Assembly (NCBI GenBank): GCA_012862495.1
Contig: BLSG01000275.1
Span: 32,619 to 66,259, forward strand
Origin: Thraustochytrium aureum
Taxonomy: Eukaryota
Length of the DNA stretch: 33,641 bases
Reading direction: 5' to 3'
A program made the position numbers and the translations under genes. Under the pieces are notes generated by a model, which did not search any database, had not been told where the DNA came from, and saw only the letters and a program-made list of their open reading frames with translations. This document shows, in pieces, positions 1 through 10,518 of this stretch. The number at the start of each line of letters is the position of its first letter. The stretch's first letter is position 1.

Positions 1-995
1 TCCAGCATGAGGCCAAGCGAACGTGGCGCGTGTCGAACAGCTCCTCGGTCTGGTTGATGCTGCCGTCGCCATAGTCCGTTTCGTCGAGGTCAAACAATTT
101 GAAGAAGAGCTCGCGGTGCGTTTCTTTGTTGGCTGGGGCGAGGCGGATGCGGACGCCGGCCGAGCCTTCTTGCGAGACCTGGACGACCCGGAGCGGCTCA
201 AACTGGGCCGCGGGCTCGGTCTGGTCCTCTTCGGGAAACGCCATGCTCGCACCTCCAGTGAGCTCGAGCAAGGAGCTTGAGGCGCTGCTTGGTACAATGC
301 CGACCTGGAGTCGACCTGGCTCCGGGACGGCCTCGCCAGCTGCGGCGCTTGCGGTGCGCGGGGGAGCGCGCTGCGGGTTGAGCACGTGCCCGCTGCGCAT
401 GGGAAGCTGACCGCTGCCCGGCTGCTTGGGCTGCGCGAACGGCGACCGCGAATGCACGTTTCCGTCTCGAGCGGCATTCGGGCGCGTTACGGAGCCCGTG
501 GCGCCGCATGTCGAGACGCCGCCGTAGTGGTCGCTGTCGTAGGTGCCTTCTAGATTGAGCAGGACGTAGATGCCGTCTGCACGGCGCTCGGCCTGGTGGA
601 CGCGTTGAGCGCGCTCTTTGCGCTTCCACCCGCCAGGCACCAGCTTGTTGTTGGGTCCCATGACCAGCGACTCGTACAACTTGGCGCCGTCCTCGAGCGT
701 CACTTGGTACATGTGCCATGGGCAGACGATGCAGGCGAGCCCGTGCACCTCCTCGATGTCGCCGTTCGCAAGCGGGCCCCCGGTATGGTAGCACGTACTG
801 TCCATGCAGAAGAGCTTGCCCTTGTGCCTTATCACCGACACAAACCGTCCCTCGACTTCCTGCGCCGGCCAGGACACTCGCGTCAGCGGCCCCGCAACCC
901 TACGCTCACCAGCCGGCAAATTCACTAACCACATGCAGCCGCTCGCCGTCCTGTGCGAGCGCGTCCGCGGCGCCGACCCTCACGAACGACCCCAT
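1..995 (-). CDS. Rieske [2Fe-2S] domain protein, two exons (995-930 and 859-<1), 3' end outside the window
   Basis: Manual translation. Exon 1 MGSFVRVGAADALAQDGERLHV splices across a GTTAGT...GCTGAC...CAG intron (929-860, 70 nt) to EVEGRFVSVIRHKGKLFCMDSTCYHTGGPLANGDIEEVHGLACIVCPWHMYQVTLEDG. This has the Rieske CxH and CxxH boxes. The frame stays open to position 1. The ORF track does not show it. Confidence 0.9.
860..929 (-). other. Spliceosomal intron (70 nt) in the Rieske gene
   Basis: GTTAGT donor, GCTGAC branch-like site and CAG acceptor. Removing it joins RLHV|EVEGR in frame. Confidence 0.85.
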
Positions 996-1965
996 CGAGC
1001 TGGTAGATCGGTGCGGGGACCGCGGCTGCAAAGGAGGTCTTTGGCCCGGGCGGGGGAGAATGGCGCACGCGTTTCAACCAAAAGGAGGGTGCGCGCGCAG
1101 GCCCTCTGCCACTGCAGCACTATCCGCAAGCACTACTTCGACGGACACCAAGTGAGGGATAGCGGCGTCCTCGCAGGCCCGAGCCTCGCGCCGAGGACTC
1201 GCAGCAAGGGCTCGAGCGGATGCGCGCCTGCAGCATTGACGGTCAGGGGTCCGAACAGACCCCCCCTCGTGACGAGGCCCGTGCGTTCGGCCGCGACTAG
1301 TGACGCCACGGATCCCTGGTGTCGCAGGATCACGCCCGCGGTGCCTCCTGCGCGTCGCGCGGGGGTCCCCGTTTGTCCGTTTTACGGTTGGAAGAACTGA
1401 GGCCGCTGCGGGGTTCTGCACCCTTACGCGTTCCCCTTTGCCGCCTTTCCTCCTTCAAGTCCCTCCGTGTCCCTCCACTGCTTTTGTCAGGGAGGAAAAA
1501 CGAACGCCGGTTCCCCTCACACCGCTTGCAGAGGCGATCCCAAGGCGTCCCGCGCCCGCCGCAGAGGGGCGATCCCAAGCCGTCCCCAAAGCGGCTTGGG
1601 TCGCGCTCAAGCCTAGCTTCGGCGGGAACCTGGGAACGCGGCCTGAGAGCGGCGCCGACCTAGTGGATCCTGAGTGGGCCCGGCTAGGTTTGAGAGGGGA
1701 ACCTCGCTCCCGGCGGCGCAAACGCAGCAGCAGACCCCCAACGCAGGCAGCTGCTGCAGACCCCGAACGCAGCCAGCAGAGCCCGAACGGCAGCAGCGCA
1801 GAGAGCGGGCCGGGAGCAGAGCGTGCGCGTGGAGGAGGGAGGGAGGGAGGGAGGGCTCGGGCGCTGCAGGGTCGCGCGGGCGCGGGCGCCGCTGGGTTGC
1901 GCGCGGGGGCAGAGGGGACGGGCACAGACAGCTCAGGCGGTCGCGGCGGGGCTGGGACGGGCGGG

Positions 1966-4900
1966 ATGGAGACCCCCGGAGAAGGCGGCCCGGGAGGGCC
2001 GCGGCGAGGACGAGCGCGACGGAAGGGCTGCCGCGGTGATTGAGGTGGATGTGAGGGAGTTTACGCCGCAGAGCGCGAGGAGCGCGCGGAAGGGGCTCAA
2101 GCTGAGCCCTCGCGTGCCGCCGGTGAGCCCGCTGGCGACCGCGAGCGAACTGGAGGACAAGTTGCGGCGGGCGAGCGATAAGCGCGAGGGGATTTTGAGC
2201 GCGAAGAAGGAGAAGGGCAGGCACGGCGAGCGCGAGGCAGCGGCGGCTCTCGGCGGCCAAGGAGCGCGAACACGTCGAACGCGCCGAGACGCTCGAGCGC
2301 AAGCTGCAGTCCGCGAGCGAGCGGCGCACCGAGCTGCTCAAGAAGCAGCAAGCCTCCGCCGCCGCAAACGTGATCTACGCCAAAGAGGTCCACATGAACA
2401 ACGTGGCCGCTCAAGAGGCCGAAGCCGAGGAGAAACTGGCCAGCTTTGGCGACAAAATCGAACAGGCCAACAAACGGCGCGACGCCTTCCTGGAGGCCGT
2501 CACGAACCGCGCCACGGCGACGACCGGGCGCGTCTCAGAGGCGCTCGAGCGCGAGCAGGAACTCGCCGCAGCGCGCATGAGCCAGCTGGAAGACCGTCTC
2601 AACACTGCCCAAGCCGCGCGCGACGAGCAGCTCGCCGCCGTTCGCCACCGCGCGCACGGCACCAACGAGCGCGTGTCGCAGGCCATGGAGGCAATGGAGG
2701 CCGACACCGCAGAGCGGCGCGCCGAGCTGGGCACCAGACTTGACCTGGCCGAACAGCGTCGCCTCGAGCAGCTGGCGAACACCAAGGGGCGGGCGCTGGC
2801 CTCGGCCGAAAAGGTGGCTCGCGCTGGGCGCGAGATGGCCGAGCAAGAGAGCGAGCGGCGCGAGTCGATCACGCAGAAACTGGAGCGCGCCTCCGAGTCG
2901 CGCGAGCTCACGCTGAGCGCGCGCAAGGCCAAGGCGNNNNNNNNNNNNNNNNNNNNNNNNNNNNNNNNNNNNNNNNNNNNNNNNNNNNNNNNNNNNNNNN
3001 NNNNNNNNNNNNNNNNNNNNNNNNNNNNNNNNNNNNNNNNNNNNNNNNNNNNNNNNNNNNNNNNNNNNNNNNNNNNNNNNNNNNNNNNNNNNNNNNNNNN
3101 NNNNNNNNNNNNNNNNNNNNNNNNNNNNNNNNNNNNNNNNNNNNNNNNNNNNNNNNNNNNNNNNNNNNNNNNNNNNNNNNNNNNNNNNNNNNNNNNNNNN
3201 NCAGCGCCAGGCCGCAGCCGAGCGTCCTCGGCCAAGCAGCTCGAGAACTTTCAGGCCAAGCTCGAGGGCGCCGAGTCCAACCGCAGCCAGCCCTCGACGA
3301 GAAGCGCTCGCGCGCCTCGCGCAGGGCGACAAGGTGCGCCGAGCGCACGAGACGCCCGAAAAAGCTCGCGGCGTCGCGCCGCGAGAGCCTCGAGTCCAAG
3401 CTCAGCAAGGCCGAGGCGGCGCGCGAGTCGGCGCTGAGCGACAAGGTCTCGCGCGCTGCGCAGAGGGCCAAGAAGGTCCTCGAGAGCCAGGACACCCTCT
3501 CGCGCGAGGCCGCCGCGCTGCGCGCCAACCTGGACCGCAAGCTCGGCGCCGCAGCAGTGGCGCGCGAGCAGCAGCTCGCAGAGCGCAAGGATCGCGCTGC
3601 CGCCTGCTCGGGCCGTGTCGACAGCGTCCAGCAGGTGGCGCGCGAGCGCGCCGAGGCGCGCCGCACCGCCTTGGACGAGCGCATGCAGGCCGCGGCCGAG
3701 CTGCGCCAGAATGCGATCGCCGTCGTGCAGGGCAAGGCGGTTGGCGAGATCTCCAAGGTGGTGGCCGCCAAGGAGGACGCGGAGCGACGCCAGAGCCTTG
3801 AAAGCGTTCAGGCGCTCGAGCAGCTTGAGCTCAAGCTTGACCAGGCCGCGGCGCAGCGGGAGGCGGCTCTCGTGCAGCGCCGTGACAAGGCCTCGCGGGA
3901 AACAGCCAAGGTGGCGGAGGCGGCGCGACGCTCGGACCTGCACGTGCGCGAGAAGCGCCGCCAGCTGGACACACGCCTCGAAGAAGCCGCTGACAAGCGC
4001 AACAGCACGCTCTCAAGCCGCCAGGCAAAGGCCGGCCAGGAGCTCTCCAAGGTGGCCGCTGCAAGCGCCACGCTCGACGAGCGCGAGAAGGCCGAGGCGG
4101 CCGCAAAGCAGCGCGCCATTGAGTTGCGCCTCGACCAGGCCGCGCGGGCCCGCGACGACCACCTCAGCTCGGTGTCTGCGCGCGCCTCGGTTGACGTCCA
4201 AAAGGTGCTCCAGGCCAACTCGCTGAGCGAAGAGCGCCGGTCGGAGATGCGTGACGCCATCGAGCACAGACTCGCGGTGGCCTCGGAGATCCGCGAGGCG
4301 GTTCTTTTGGACAAGCAGGCCAAGGCGGGCCAGCAGTCAGCCCGCGTTGCAGGAGCCGGGCTCGCTCTCCGCGAGCGCACCTCGCTTCAGTCCGAGACCA
4401 AGCGCCGCGTGCTGGACCACAAGCTTGAGCAGGCCTCTGAGGCGCGCGAGGCGCTCTTGTCGGATGTGGTCGCCAAGGCGGCCGGCCAGTCGGCCAAGGT
4501 GCGCCAGGCGTCCGAGGCGCTGGAGGGCGAGACCGCGGCGCGGCGCGCCGAGCTGGACCGCAAGCTGGACCGCGCCGCGATGGCGCGTGACTGCTTTGTG
4601 CACACCAAGCAGTCGAGGGCCAGCTCGCACGCCGCCAAGGTGGAGGCCGCGAGCGAAGCCCTCAAGCGCTCGAGCACCCAGGAAAGCAACTCGCTGCGCA
4701 AGGACATCGACTCGCGCCTCGAGCAGGCTGCTGCGGCCCGCGAGGCGGCGCTCTCGTCGCGCAAGGCCAAAGCCGCGCATGTTGTGGAGAAGGCCAGCGC
4801 TGTGGTCACGGCGATGCAGGACTCGACGGACGAGGAGCGCGTCGCGCTCGCCGACAAGATCAACAGCAAGCTCAGCGAGGCCAACGTGCGCCGCGCGCAG

Positions 4901-5122
4901 GTGCTCGAGGACACGCAGAAAAAATCGGCCAAGATCAACCAGCACGCCCGCGAGGTCGTCTCGACGGTGCTCGAGGAGGAGGTCGAGAACACCACGAAAA
5001 AGTCGGCCGCTATCAGCCGCAAGCTCGAGCTCGCGACGGAGCGCCGCGAGAACATGCTGGCACAGAAGACGAGCCCGACGAGGGCGGGCAAGAAGAGCCC
5101 CGCTGCCCGCTTTGTTGCCTAA
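1966..5122 (+). CDS. ~1050-aa alpha-helical repeat protein with a stathmin-like N-terminus and ~20 repeats of 47/51 aa; interrupted by a gap and apparent frameshift errors
   Basis: ATG at 1966 (METP). ORFs 1823-2743, 2370-3437 and 3557-5122 join via shifts near 1973-1977 (CCCCC), ~2215 (GGG) and several points in 3202-3370. Recurrent unit [LI]xx[KR]LxxAxxxR[ED]xxLxxxxx[KR]A. Stop TAA at 5120-5122. Confidence 0.8.
2937..3201. other. Assembly gap (N run) inside the repeat-protein gene
   Basis: Run of N. Confidence 1.
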
Positions 5123-5392
5123 AGTTGTCGCTCAGGCGCACCAGCCTGTCGCAGATTCGGCCCGCACAGCCTCAAGCCAGACGCGCCCGGGCCGCGATGG
5201 CGCGCCTCCTCTGTGGGGGGCGGCGGGAGCAGCTGTGTCGGCAGCGCTTCCGCTGGGTGCGAGCGCGTCGAGCAGGGAGGAGTCTGAGCGGGATGGGGGC
5301 GGTGCTCGAGCCCCGTTGAGCGCGAACTGTCCAAAGAGCTGAGCCTCCGGAAGCCTGGCCGGGGAGCCGCTGTCTCGACCCGGAGCTGAACC

Positions 5393-5427
5393 CGCAAGTA
5401 ATACGCAAGTAATACGCAAGTAATACG
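5393..5427 (+). repeat. 11-bp tandem repeat (CGCAAGTAATA)x3
   Basis: Three exact copies at 5393, 5404 and 5415, between two convergent gene ends. Confidence 0.95.
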
Positions 5428-5565
5428 AATCTTTCAACAAGTAGGTGGTGGTGGTGGTGTTTTATGTCATGTTTAATGTCAGTCCGGCAAGCCCTTGCCT
5501 CGCCCTGCGACGCGGCTGCCGCGTCCATCTCAACCTTGCTCTTAGATCGGCGAAAGGTGCGCAGG

Positions 5566-6438
5566 CTAACCAGAGGCGCCGCTGCTGAACAGACCCATCT
5601 CGCGCTGCCAAGCGCTGTACCTCAAGAGGTTGACGAGGATCGAACGCCGAAACCGGCCGAAAAAAGTCTTGCCAGAAACGCTGCCGCGCCCCTCCGACCC
5701 ATAAAGCTCGCGCGCGGTTTGCGCCCAAGACTTGCCCTCGGCCAGGAAAGCCGCCGCAGCGCACACAAACGGCCCGCAGTCATCCGAGTTGTCCTGCTGC
5801 AGCTCCGAGTGCACCTTGATCTTGAACCGGACCTTGCGCACGCCGGCGGCGTCGCGATCGGGCCACATCGGGTGCAGGAACGTGCGGATGAAGCTCTTTG
5901 TCTGCCTCTCCACCTCGGCGTCGAGCGCAGAAACGCTGTTGTAGACGTGCACGAAGCAGCACTGCACAGGCCCATCCGGGGAGGAAAAGCACGGCGCCGC
6001 GCCAGCGCCCGATGCCGCCCGGCCAAGACAGACCACGACGAGGGCCCAGTGCGTCCCGGTGCACAGCGGCAAAAAGATTCGGGTCACGCCGCGCTTCACA
6101 TCGGCCGCCAACGCGGCCGAGTCGCGCCAAAAGTCGGCCAAGAGCTTGAGCCGACCAGGCTCGTCCCCTTGCTCGAGGCGCTCAAGCAGGGGAAAGAACA
6201 GGCTCGAGACGAATATGGCGCGGTCGGGCGGCGAGCCATAGCGCGCGGTTCCGTGAGCTGCGCGCAGCACAGAGAAGAACCTGTCGACAATTTCATCCGA
6301 GAGCCAGTCCGAACCCAGGAGCGGGTTCAGGCTGACTGGGACACCGTCAATCTTGACGCGCCGCGCGCGCCGCGTGTGCTGCTGCACCAGAAACCCTGCC
6401 AGGAGCTTTTCGTCCTCCACAGACATGGGCTGACCGAG
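5566..6438 (-). CDS. Ulp1/SENP-family (peptidase C48, CE clan) cysteine protease; 5' end at or inside the gap
   Basis: Motifs WLSDEIVD, IFVSSLFF, IFLPLCTGTHWALVVV, HVYNS and QQDNSDDCGPFVC match the C48 pattern (His, Asp/Asn, oxyanion Gln, Cys). First visible ATG is at 6426; the frame continues into the N gap. Confidence 0.88.
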   Translation of the reverse strand, partial: LGQPMSVEDEKLLAGFLVQQHTRRARRVKIDGVPVSLNPLLGSDWLSDEIVDRFFSVLRAAHGTARYGSPPDRAIFVSSLFFPLLERLEQGDEPGRLKLLADFWRDSAALAADVKRGVTRIFLPLCTGTHWALVVVCLGRAASGAGAAPCFSSPDGPVQCCFVHVYNSVSALDAEVERQTKSFIRTFLHPMWPDRDAAGVRKVRFKIKVHSELQQDNSDDCGPFVCAAAAFLAEGKSWAQTARELYGSEGRGSVSGKTFFGRFRRSILVNLLRYSAWQREMGLFSSGASG

Positions 6439-7089
6439 NNNNNNNNNNNNNNNNNNNNNNNNNNNNNNNNNNNNNNNNNNNNNNNNNNNNNNNNNNNNNN
6501 NNNNNNNNNNNNNNNNNNNNNNNNNNNNNNNNNNNNNNNNNNNNNNNNNNNNNNNNNNNNNNNNNNNNNNNNNNNNNNNNNNNNNNNNNNNNNNNNNNNN
6601 NNNNNNNNNNNNNNNNNNNNNNNNNNNNNNNNNNNNNNNNNNNNNNNNNNNNNNNNNNNNNNNNNNNNNNNNNNNNNNNNNNNNNNNNNNNNNNNNNNNN
6701 NNNNNNNNNNNNNNNNNNNNNNNNNNNNNNNNNNNNNNNNNNNNNNNNNNNNNNNNNNNNNNNNNNNNNNNNNNNNNNNNNNNNNNNNNNNNNNNNNNNN
6801 NNNNNNNNNNNNNNNNNNNNNNNNNNNNNNNNNNNNNNNNNNNNNNNNNNNNNNNNNNNNNNNNNNNNNNNNNNNNNNNNNNNNNNNNNNNNNNNNNNNN
6901 NNNNNNNNNNNNNNNNNNNNNNNNNNNNNNNNNNNNNNNNNNNNNNNNNNNNNNNNNNNNNNNNNNNNNNNNNNNNNNNNNNNNNNNNNNNNNNNNNNNN
7001 NNNNNNNNNNNNNNNNNNNNNNNNNNNNNNNNNNNNNNNNNNNNNNNNNNNNNNNNNNNNNNNNNNNNNNNNNNNNNNNNNNNNNNNNN
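6439..7089. other. Assembly gap (N run)
   Basis: Run of N. Confidence 1.
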
Positions 7090-7397
7090 TCCAATCCAAA
7101 CCGAACCAAAACAGAACGAACGACACAACCAGCGCCGCGAGGCAGCTCTATCCGCAGCGCGCTCTCCGCTCGCGCGCGCTGCCCTCCTCCTCCTCGCCCA
7201 CCTTCTCCGCTTCCGTAATTGGCCGCCGCCCTCTCTACTGCTTGCGCTGCTGCTCGTTGCTGTTGGGTGTCTGCCTGCCTCCTGCTCTGCGCTCAGCTTC
7301 CCGCACCTTGGTGGCGCGGACGGGCAACCCGCTTTGGGTCGCGCGACCGGCCTGCTTGCTGTTTGTCACGGTGCTGCGCCTCGGGGGGCGGAGCGGA

Positions 7398-7407
7398 GGC
7401 TGGCTGG

Positions 7408-7439
<32 letters not shown>

Positions 7440-7479
7440 TTGTTGTTTGTTGGTTGTTGGATGTTGGTTGGTTGGCTGG
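7398..7479 (+). repeat. (GGCT)n / (GTT, GGTT)n microsatellite tract
   Basis: ggctggctggct... followed by tgttgtttgttggttgttgg. Confidence 0.85.
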
Positions 7480-7595
7480 ACGGCGGCCGCCTGGCTGGGC
7501 GCAGGGTCCGAGGCATTGGAAGGAGGTAAATTGCAGATTAGTGTTTTGCCAGTGTACGTTACTTGCCTTACTGTTGCCGATGCGAGTGCTGCGCG

Positions 7596-8429
7596 CTACT
7601 TGAAGCGAGACGAGCCGTCCTTGCGCATTTCGACCACGAGGACGTGCGCGTCGGCGCTGGTGGACGTCACCGTGAGCTTGGCGTCCCCGAAAAGCTCCGC
7701 CCCGTCGTGCATCACGAGCGACTCGGACTGCTCCCCTGAAGGCCCCGCTGCCCGAAGAGCGATAGACCCCTCGATGCAGAGCAAGTACGCCTGGCGGTCC
7801 TCGCGGAGGCGCATCTCAAGCGAGACGCCCTTGTCGAGCTCCGAGACGTAAAAGTTGGCGTCCTGGTGGATCTTGATCGGCGTCTTGGCTGCCGACTCGC
7901 GGTCGCTCGCAAGGTGCTGCCAGCGGTTATGGCGGTCGTCATAATTGCCGTGGAGCGAGCCGTAGTTAACGGCGACGTTGCTGGCGCGGGGCGGGACCCA
8001 CATCTGGATGAAGCGGACTGGCTCGTCCGGGCTGTCGTTGGTCTCCGAGTGGACCACACCCTTGCCAGCGGACATGAACTGCACGCTGCCCCGTGGCAGG
8101 GACTCCTCGTTCCCTGTAGAGTCCTTGTGCGTCAGGCTGCCCTGCACCACATAGGTGACGATCTCCATGTTGCTGTGCGGGTGCGCGCCAAAGCCGCGCG
8201 CCGGCTGCACGAGGTCGTCGTTCATGACGCGCAGCACGCCAAACCGCGAGTTGGCTGCGTTGTGGTACTCTGCAAAGGAAAAGTGGAACCTGCTCTTGAG
8301 CCAGTTGTCGTTCGTCCAGCCTTTCTTGTCCGGCGTGTTGCGCCCATTGCCAAACATGAACGGCGAGGGCTCGCTCACGTACAGCATCTCCCTGCCCACC
8401 TTCTTGATCATCGCCTGGCCCGCCGCCAT
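7596..8429 (-). CDS. Pirin-family bicupin protein (YhhW/quercetinase-like)
   Basis: WLKSRFHFSFAEY, FGVLRVMNDD, GFGAHPHSNMEIVTYV, THKDSTGN, VQFMSAGKGVVHSE and RFIQMWV give the pirin His-His-His-Glu metal site. Likely start is MAAGQAM at 8429; the upstream part of ORF 7596-8996 looks non-coding. Confidence 0.95.
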   Translation of the reverse strand: MAAGQAMIKKVGREMLYVSEPSPFMFGNGRNTPDKKGWTNDNWLKSRFHFSFAEYHNAANSRFGVLRVMNDDLVQPARGFGAHPHSNMEIVTYVVQGSLTHKDSTGNEESLPRGSVQFMSAGKGVVHSETNDSPDEPVRFIQMWVPPRASNVAVNYGSLHGNYDDRHNRWQHLASDRESAAKTPIKIHQDANFYVSELDKGVSLEMRLREDRQAYLLCIEGSIALRAAGPSGEQSESLVMHDGAELFGDAKLTVTSTSADAHVLVVEMRKDGSSRFK

Positions 8430-9168
8430 CGTGGCAGCCCCGCACGCGCTGCCCGCTCTCGTCGCGTTTGCTAGCGCTGCGCCGAGTCCGACTGACGCCG
8501 CCACGCGTCTCGCGAGTGCCAACAGCCCAATCTTCAAAGACTCGCAGCGACCTTGCCGAGCGCCCTCGCGAGTCCCGTGACCAGCGCCTCGGAGGCCTCG
8601 ACGTCGTATGCGTAGGTATGTCGCTTGGTTTTTGGCAAGATCACCCTTTGGATCTTGTCCGCTCGCTGCCGATTCGCTTTGGGGGTCTGCACGCACTGCG
8701 CAACCTGCATTCTGCTCGGGCATTCGCGCACATCGGAAACTTGCGACGCGGAATCCGAGCAGGGGCTCTTGTGACGAACGGGGCCTCTTGGTCACGAGCA
8801 ATCTCGGGCGGCTCGAGTTCGTTGGTTTTGCTCGCGGGATCCGAGCAGGCGGGACCCGCTGAGGAGCAATCCGCGACACCCGGAAGCGGCGAGCGCTTGG
8901 AGCGTGCAAGGGGCAAGGGCTTGGGCACGAAGGCCGTGTTGCGAGGACGTTGAGCTCTAAGCTGGAGATCAGCGACACAGTAGCTGGCAAGGGCACAGCG
9001 CCGGTCCCGACGCAAGCATCGAGAATTGATCAAGCCGCCGCACAACAGCCTCTCTTGGCCAGAACGGGGCGGTCCATGCGTCCGCGATCCCTATAATCCC
9101 CACATACGTAGAGTAGCTGCCTGCAAAGCGGAATCTGATTGACTTTCGGTCGGCTCTGTTCACTTTAA

Positions 9169-10237
9169 TCAAGGGCACGGCTTTGGAGGCTGGACGCTGC
9201 TCCTGAACTCGTTGATAAACCGAAGCGTTTCGTCCTCATTGAGATGCTCCATGCCAAAGAAGCGACCGCTCCACATGTACGAATCCAAGAGCTCGATCGC
9301 AGCAGACTCGTTCGGCACGTGTGTTGGGGCGAAGTAAACGCTGTAGCCCAAGCTCATGACAGACTTGCGGTTGGACTTGCGCTCCTTGCACCCCAAACCA
9401 CTGGGTGCCCCAGGACTCTTGATGGGAATGCTGCGCTCGCGGCCGTTGCTCGTTTCATAAGTGAACGCGAAGGACTGCTCCCCGAGGAAAATGCTTTCCG
9501 GGTAGTAGTACCCGAACCGCATCAGGAACTCCCGGGCGGCGTCCAGGGCGACAGGGTCGTCGTGGCTGTAGTTGCTCGCGACTTGAGCCAACTTGGTCAG
9601 CGCCGAGATGAATCCCATCCGTGTAGCTCCAGCAATCCGAGTCGTGCTTTCGCAAAACGGCCGTTCCGCTCGTCGTCGTCTGCTCTTCAAGTTTCGCGCT
9701 CCCGCAATTAGCGTCCTTGCCAGCGAGACGTTGCGCGGCGCCTTTGTACATGTCTTCCCAGGCGCGCGTGTAGTACATTGACATCTCCGCCGGAGAGACT
9801 GTGCCACTGTACATATCAGCGAAAATCATGTCTGGGTTCACAGCATGCTTCAACAGGTCAAGAAAGGAAAACTTGGGCGCGATGAAGACTGATCTCACGT
9901 TCCCAGCAGGAGGGTTTGAGGTTATGGCGAGGCACTCCAAGTCGTTTACCTTGCGCATCGGCTCACGGGCAACAACTGGCACGCCCTTGATCCCGCGCGG
10001 CATCCAGTTGTGCTCAAAGTCGGACAAGATCTCCTGCACGTCAGCGGGGCCCATCGGCTCGCTTTCGCAAGGGCGGCCGCCGTCGTTGCTGGAGATCTCG
10101 CTGGCACTTCCCGATTGCGCGCTGAGGGCCCCCAGCGCCTCGGCGAGGATTTGCGAGCGAACGCCGAGACCGTGCGCAGTGCCAGCCAGGGCAGCAGCCG
10201 CGCCGTAGGCAAGGGCGGCACCCATTTTCGCGCGCAT
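9169..10237 (-). CDS. Secreted hypothetical protein with a MACPF-like motif; one frameshift near 9620
   Basis: Signal-peptide-like MRAKMGAALAYGAAAALAGTAHG. ORF 9455-10537 switches to ORF 9169-9807 at ...CWSYT/MGFISALTKL. Contains EFLMRFGYYYPESIFLGE. Confidence 0.6.
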
Positions 10238-10463
10238 CGATCCTTTCCTTTTCTGACAGCTCCTCCTTACCGCGCCTCTCGGCCAATCTCGTCTGCCAGT
10301 GCGTGCTCGAGCAGCTACTCTACCGCGCCGGCCTGGCTTCTCGCGTTCCGGTTTTGGCCTGGCGCGACGGTGCTCGTTGTCGCATGCGAGTGGAGTTGAT
10401 TTGAAGAGAAATCGCGAAGAGAAGTGGCCCACTGGCATCACGATCTGCCTCGTTGCGCACTGT

Positions 10464-10518
10464 GGAGTCCTGGGACGGAGCCTGCAACGGCTGGCGGAGT
10501 CCTGGGACGGAGCCTGCA
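10464..10518 (+). repeat. Direct repeat: 23-bp GGAGTCCTGGGACGGAGCCTGCA x2, period 32 bp
   Basis: Identical copies at 10464-10486 and 10496-10518. Confidence 0.9.

Noticed and set aside
198..794. ORF-track 198-aa minus-strand ORF and overlapping plus-strand ORFs
   Set aside because: These are off-frame or antisense shadows of the spliced Rieske gene.
5464..7218. 584-aa plus-strand ORF and other ORFs spanning N runs
   Set aside because: Antisense to the Ulp1 gene, and the length is inflated by N gaps.
8430..8996. N-terminal 189 codons of the pirin ORF
   Set aside because: Non-ATG start, Arg/Pro/Ser-rich text with no pirin similarity; probably 5' UTR or promoter.
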